In this document: positions 61,601 through 64,000 of the stretch, piece by piece
Layout of the letters: each line of letters begins with the position of its first letter
Position numbering within the stretch: the first letter of the stretch is position 1
NCBI GenBank assembly: GCA_021613535.1
Contig: CP075493.1
Span: 10,974,001 to 11,038,000, forward strand
Source: Adineta vaga
Taxonomy: Eukaryota > Animalia > Rotifera
Direction: 5' to 3'
DNA: 64,000 bases
The notes under the pieces: model-generated
Database searches by the model: none
Seen by the model: the letters and a program-made list of their open reading frames with translations, nothing else
What the model was told of the DNA's origin: nothing
Made by a program: the position numbers and the translations under genes

Positions 61601-63630
61601 TATACGTGGATAAAAACAATCTAAGACGAATAATTATCTTTCACAATAGTATGTCAATACTTACTTAAATTGAAGATAGGTTGTTTGGAAGTTAACGCCG
61701 TTGATGTCATCGGTTCTAGAAAAGGTATTGTAAATGTTGTTTTTTTGTTCAATTTGACAACTTCTGTGCTATACAACATACCCAAGGTAATTGATGTTGA
61801 AACTGACTGCAAAATGTCAAATGTCCAAAATGTTGAATCAATAAATGGTTCAGAATCAAGGTCTATAATCGAATGGTTTTTAATGAATTGTTTGATAATA
61901 ATACTAATACTTACGATGAGCATCAGTCGTGCTTGCAACACCTGCCGCAAAGTTATAAAATATTATTACTAGAATAAGGAATTCCATACGTACCACTATC
62001 AAATGTGACATAATAGGAATGGCCAAGAATCCATGGTGCAACTGGAATCTGAATAGTCAATTTGAAATTTGAGTATGGCACTTGTGATGACCATCCAGCA
62101 TCAAAGGATAGAGCCACTTTATGAGTTATCGCATCAATAAATTTGATATTAGTGCCATTGCGTGATGCTCGTTTAATATGGTATGCAGCTAAAAACAAGT
62201 TTGGAAATCTTGTTAGAGACAATCACAAGATAAACAGTACCTTGGATTAAAAATACAGTGTGATTTTGTGAAATAATGCCTTTGGGTGAAATTGTATTTT
62301 GAATAAATCTAAGTGCATCGAAACCGACGAAATATGTAATACACCATTGTTGATCAGATTGAATGAGAGTATTGTCAACAGCTGCAGCACAAATAGGTTG
62401 AGGACCGTATTGACTGGCAATAGGAGTCCAGCTGAGAACAACTTCATAGATATCTAGATATGAGTAAAAATGAAAGAATAAATTTAAAGAATAAGTTTTA
62501 TACTGACTAGAGCTTGAATTTAAAATAGCACTCTTTGTCATACCAATCGGAATACTAGTAATTAAATCGATTATAGTTTTATTAGAACAAAATATTTGGA
62601 TAAAGACGTGTTCTGTTACATTAAAACCAATAGGTATACCGACACGAGCTAAGAAAAGTCAACAATAATAATGATCAATACTGAAAGAGTTGTGAAAGTT
62701 ACCTTGATTGGTTCGATCACCAATAATAGCTGGTGGAGTAGTACAATTGTCGGATGTATTGTAACCATAGAGGAGAAATTGAAGTGAAACAGAACTCATC
62801 GGTGTTGTTGATGAACTATCGAAATAATCTTCTATTTGTATTGCAACTGCAGCGTACATTGATATATTTGTTAAAGTAAATATAATGGTACAATTATCTG
62901 AAATTAAAGTTGCGCCTGGAACACCTGAGCAAACGCCACCGCATTCATTAAATGCATTCGTATTATTCGTGGATCGGTCAGACCATCTGCATTTTAATAT
63001 ATCAGAGCCATCAAAATCGACCATATGAACAACATAAACTTGTTGTACATTAATTTCCTTGTAAATAAGGGGAAGAGCAACACCAATAGGACTGGAGTTG
63101 ATAAAACCATCAGGTCTAGTAATCGTGTTTATCCGACTGACGACGTTCCATGCACCATTACCGCCAATAACAATCAGATTGTATAAACAACTGTTAGAAA
63201 TATAACCAATGCTGAATTGAGTACTAAGTGGATGTGTTTCTGTTGTATATTTTTCACCAATACTAACATCAAGTGAATTGCTATAGTCAATGCACGGTAA
63301 GCTGGTGGTCGTACGGTTGCTCCAAGAGATACAGTTACCAGAAGCACATGATATAGTCAAATTCGAACCGATAAAACCTTGCGTAGCTATGGTTGAATCA
63401 TTACACATTGCCATACTGCGACGCCATAACCATCGTTGACGTATTAGTATATCAATAGTGACACCCGATGGAGTATTATTGACTGGATGCCTAGAGAATG
63501 TTTTATTGCATACAATAATGAAAGAACATATGTTGATGACTGACCATGTAATTGTACCACCAAAAAAATGTGATGCATCGAAGGTGTATATTTGTAAAAA
63601 GAAAATGATGAAAAATCTTCTGAATTTCAT
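55609..63630 (-). pseudogene. Polycystin-1/PKDREJ-like receptor (REJ, GPS, PLAT, channel), decayed
   Basis: Signal plus SHFFGGTITW; REJ motifs LDPGTYSVDPD and PPINGSCSINP; GPS motif TQCFSKHLTTFASGF; PLAT motifs FTGHRKDSGT and IWHDNSG..W. In-frame TAA at 59164-59162, a shortened PLAT domain, and most of the TOP/pore region is missing. Confidence 0.85.
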
Positions 63631-64000
63631 CTAAAAGAACTTAAACTGAATGACTATAAGAAAGAGTAACAGAATATATATATGAGATAGAAAATAAAAA
63701 CTAACTGCTACTTATCCGTAGAAAACAATATGAAAAAATGAAATGAAACTAAGAATTTTCCTTCCTATATATATATATCTCTTTGGTTGTTTGCTCATTT
63801 CTAACCGATCATCGGCAATCGCAATTAAACTGATGACAATCTTGATAATTATTACTAAATCAATCAAGAGATCGTTTTACTAGAATGAAACTATCTTTAT
63901 GATAATACAATCAGGTTTTGAACGATTTGATCATTTCTTATCCTAACAATTGGATAAGTGAAGTCTTGGAGCTTGATAGTACTTAGTTGGTGATTTTGTA

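Noticed and set aside
7135-62447. Many 60-130 aa ORFs antisense to or overlapping real exons
   Set aside because: Shadow frames of coding sequence or AT-rich noise with no motifs.
1-64000. Alternative genetic code (TGA or TAA reassigned)
   Set aside because: Intact genes end normally in TAA, TAG and TGA, and long ORFs have no internal stops.

Overview
AT-rich eukaryotic DNA with about 30 genes or pseudogenes and many 47-75 nt GT-AG introns. The gene content points to a bdelloid rotifer (Adineta/Rotaria-like; inferred from gene families and intron size, not from a search). It includes F-box/LRR-like genes, orphan rhodopsin-like GPCRs, pentapeptide repeats, NHL propellers, an R-S-E ADP-ribosyltransferase, a REJ-polycystin and several bacterial/fungal-looking enzymes. 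Main observations: (1) a young 1646-bp foldback DNA transposon with apparently perfect 632-bp TIRs and a TTCC target duplication, inside an F-box pseudogene. (2) A defence-like cluster at about 22-30 kb that the ORF track fragments: an ADP-ribosyltransferase joined in frame, across two stops and a 59-nt intron, to a transmembrane helix, Ser/Thr stalk and NHL propeller; an anti-lipopolysaccharide-factor (ALF)-like gene; and two Cys-rich CBM52-like repeat paralogues. The last three genes are each interrupted by an in-frame TGA followed by TGT. (3) A likely horizontally acquired enzyme island at 30-42 kb that includes a trehalose-6-phosphate synthase with no phosphatase domain. (4) A divergent eEF1B and a minimal SERBP1-like protein. 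About a dozen genes carry stops or frameshifts; some may be assembly errors. No rRNA, tRNA or CRISPR was recognised. All family calls come from motifs read by eye.
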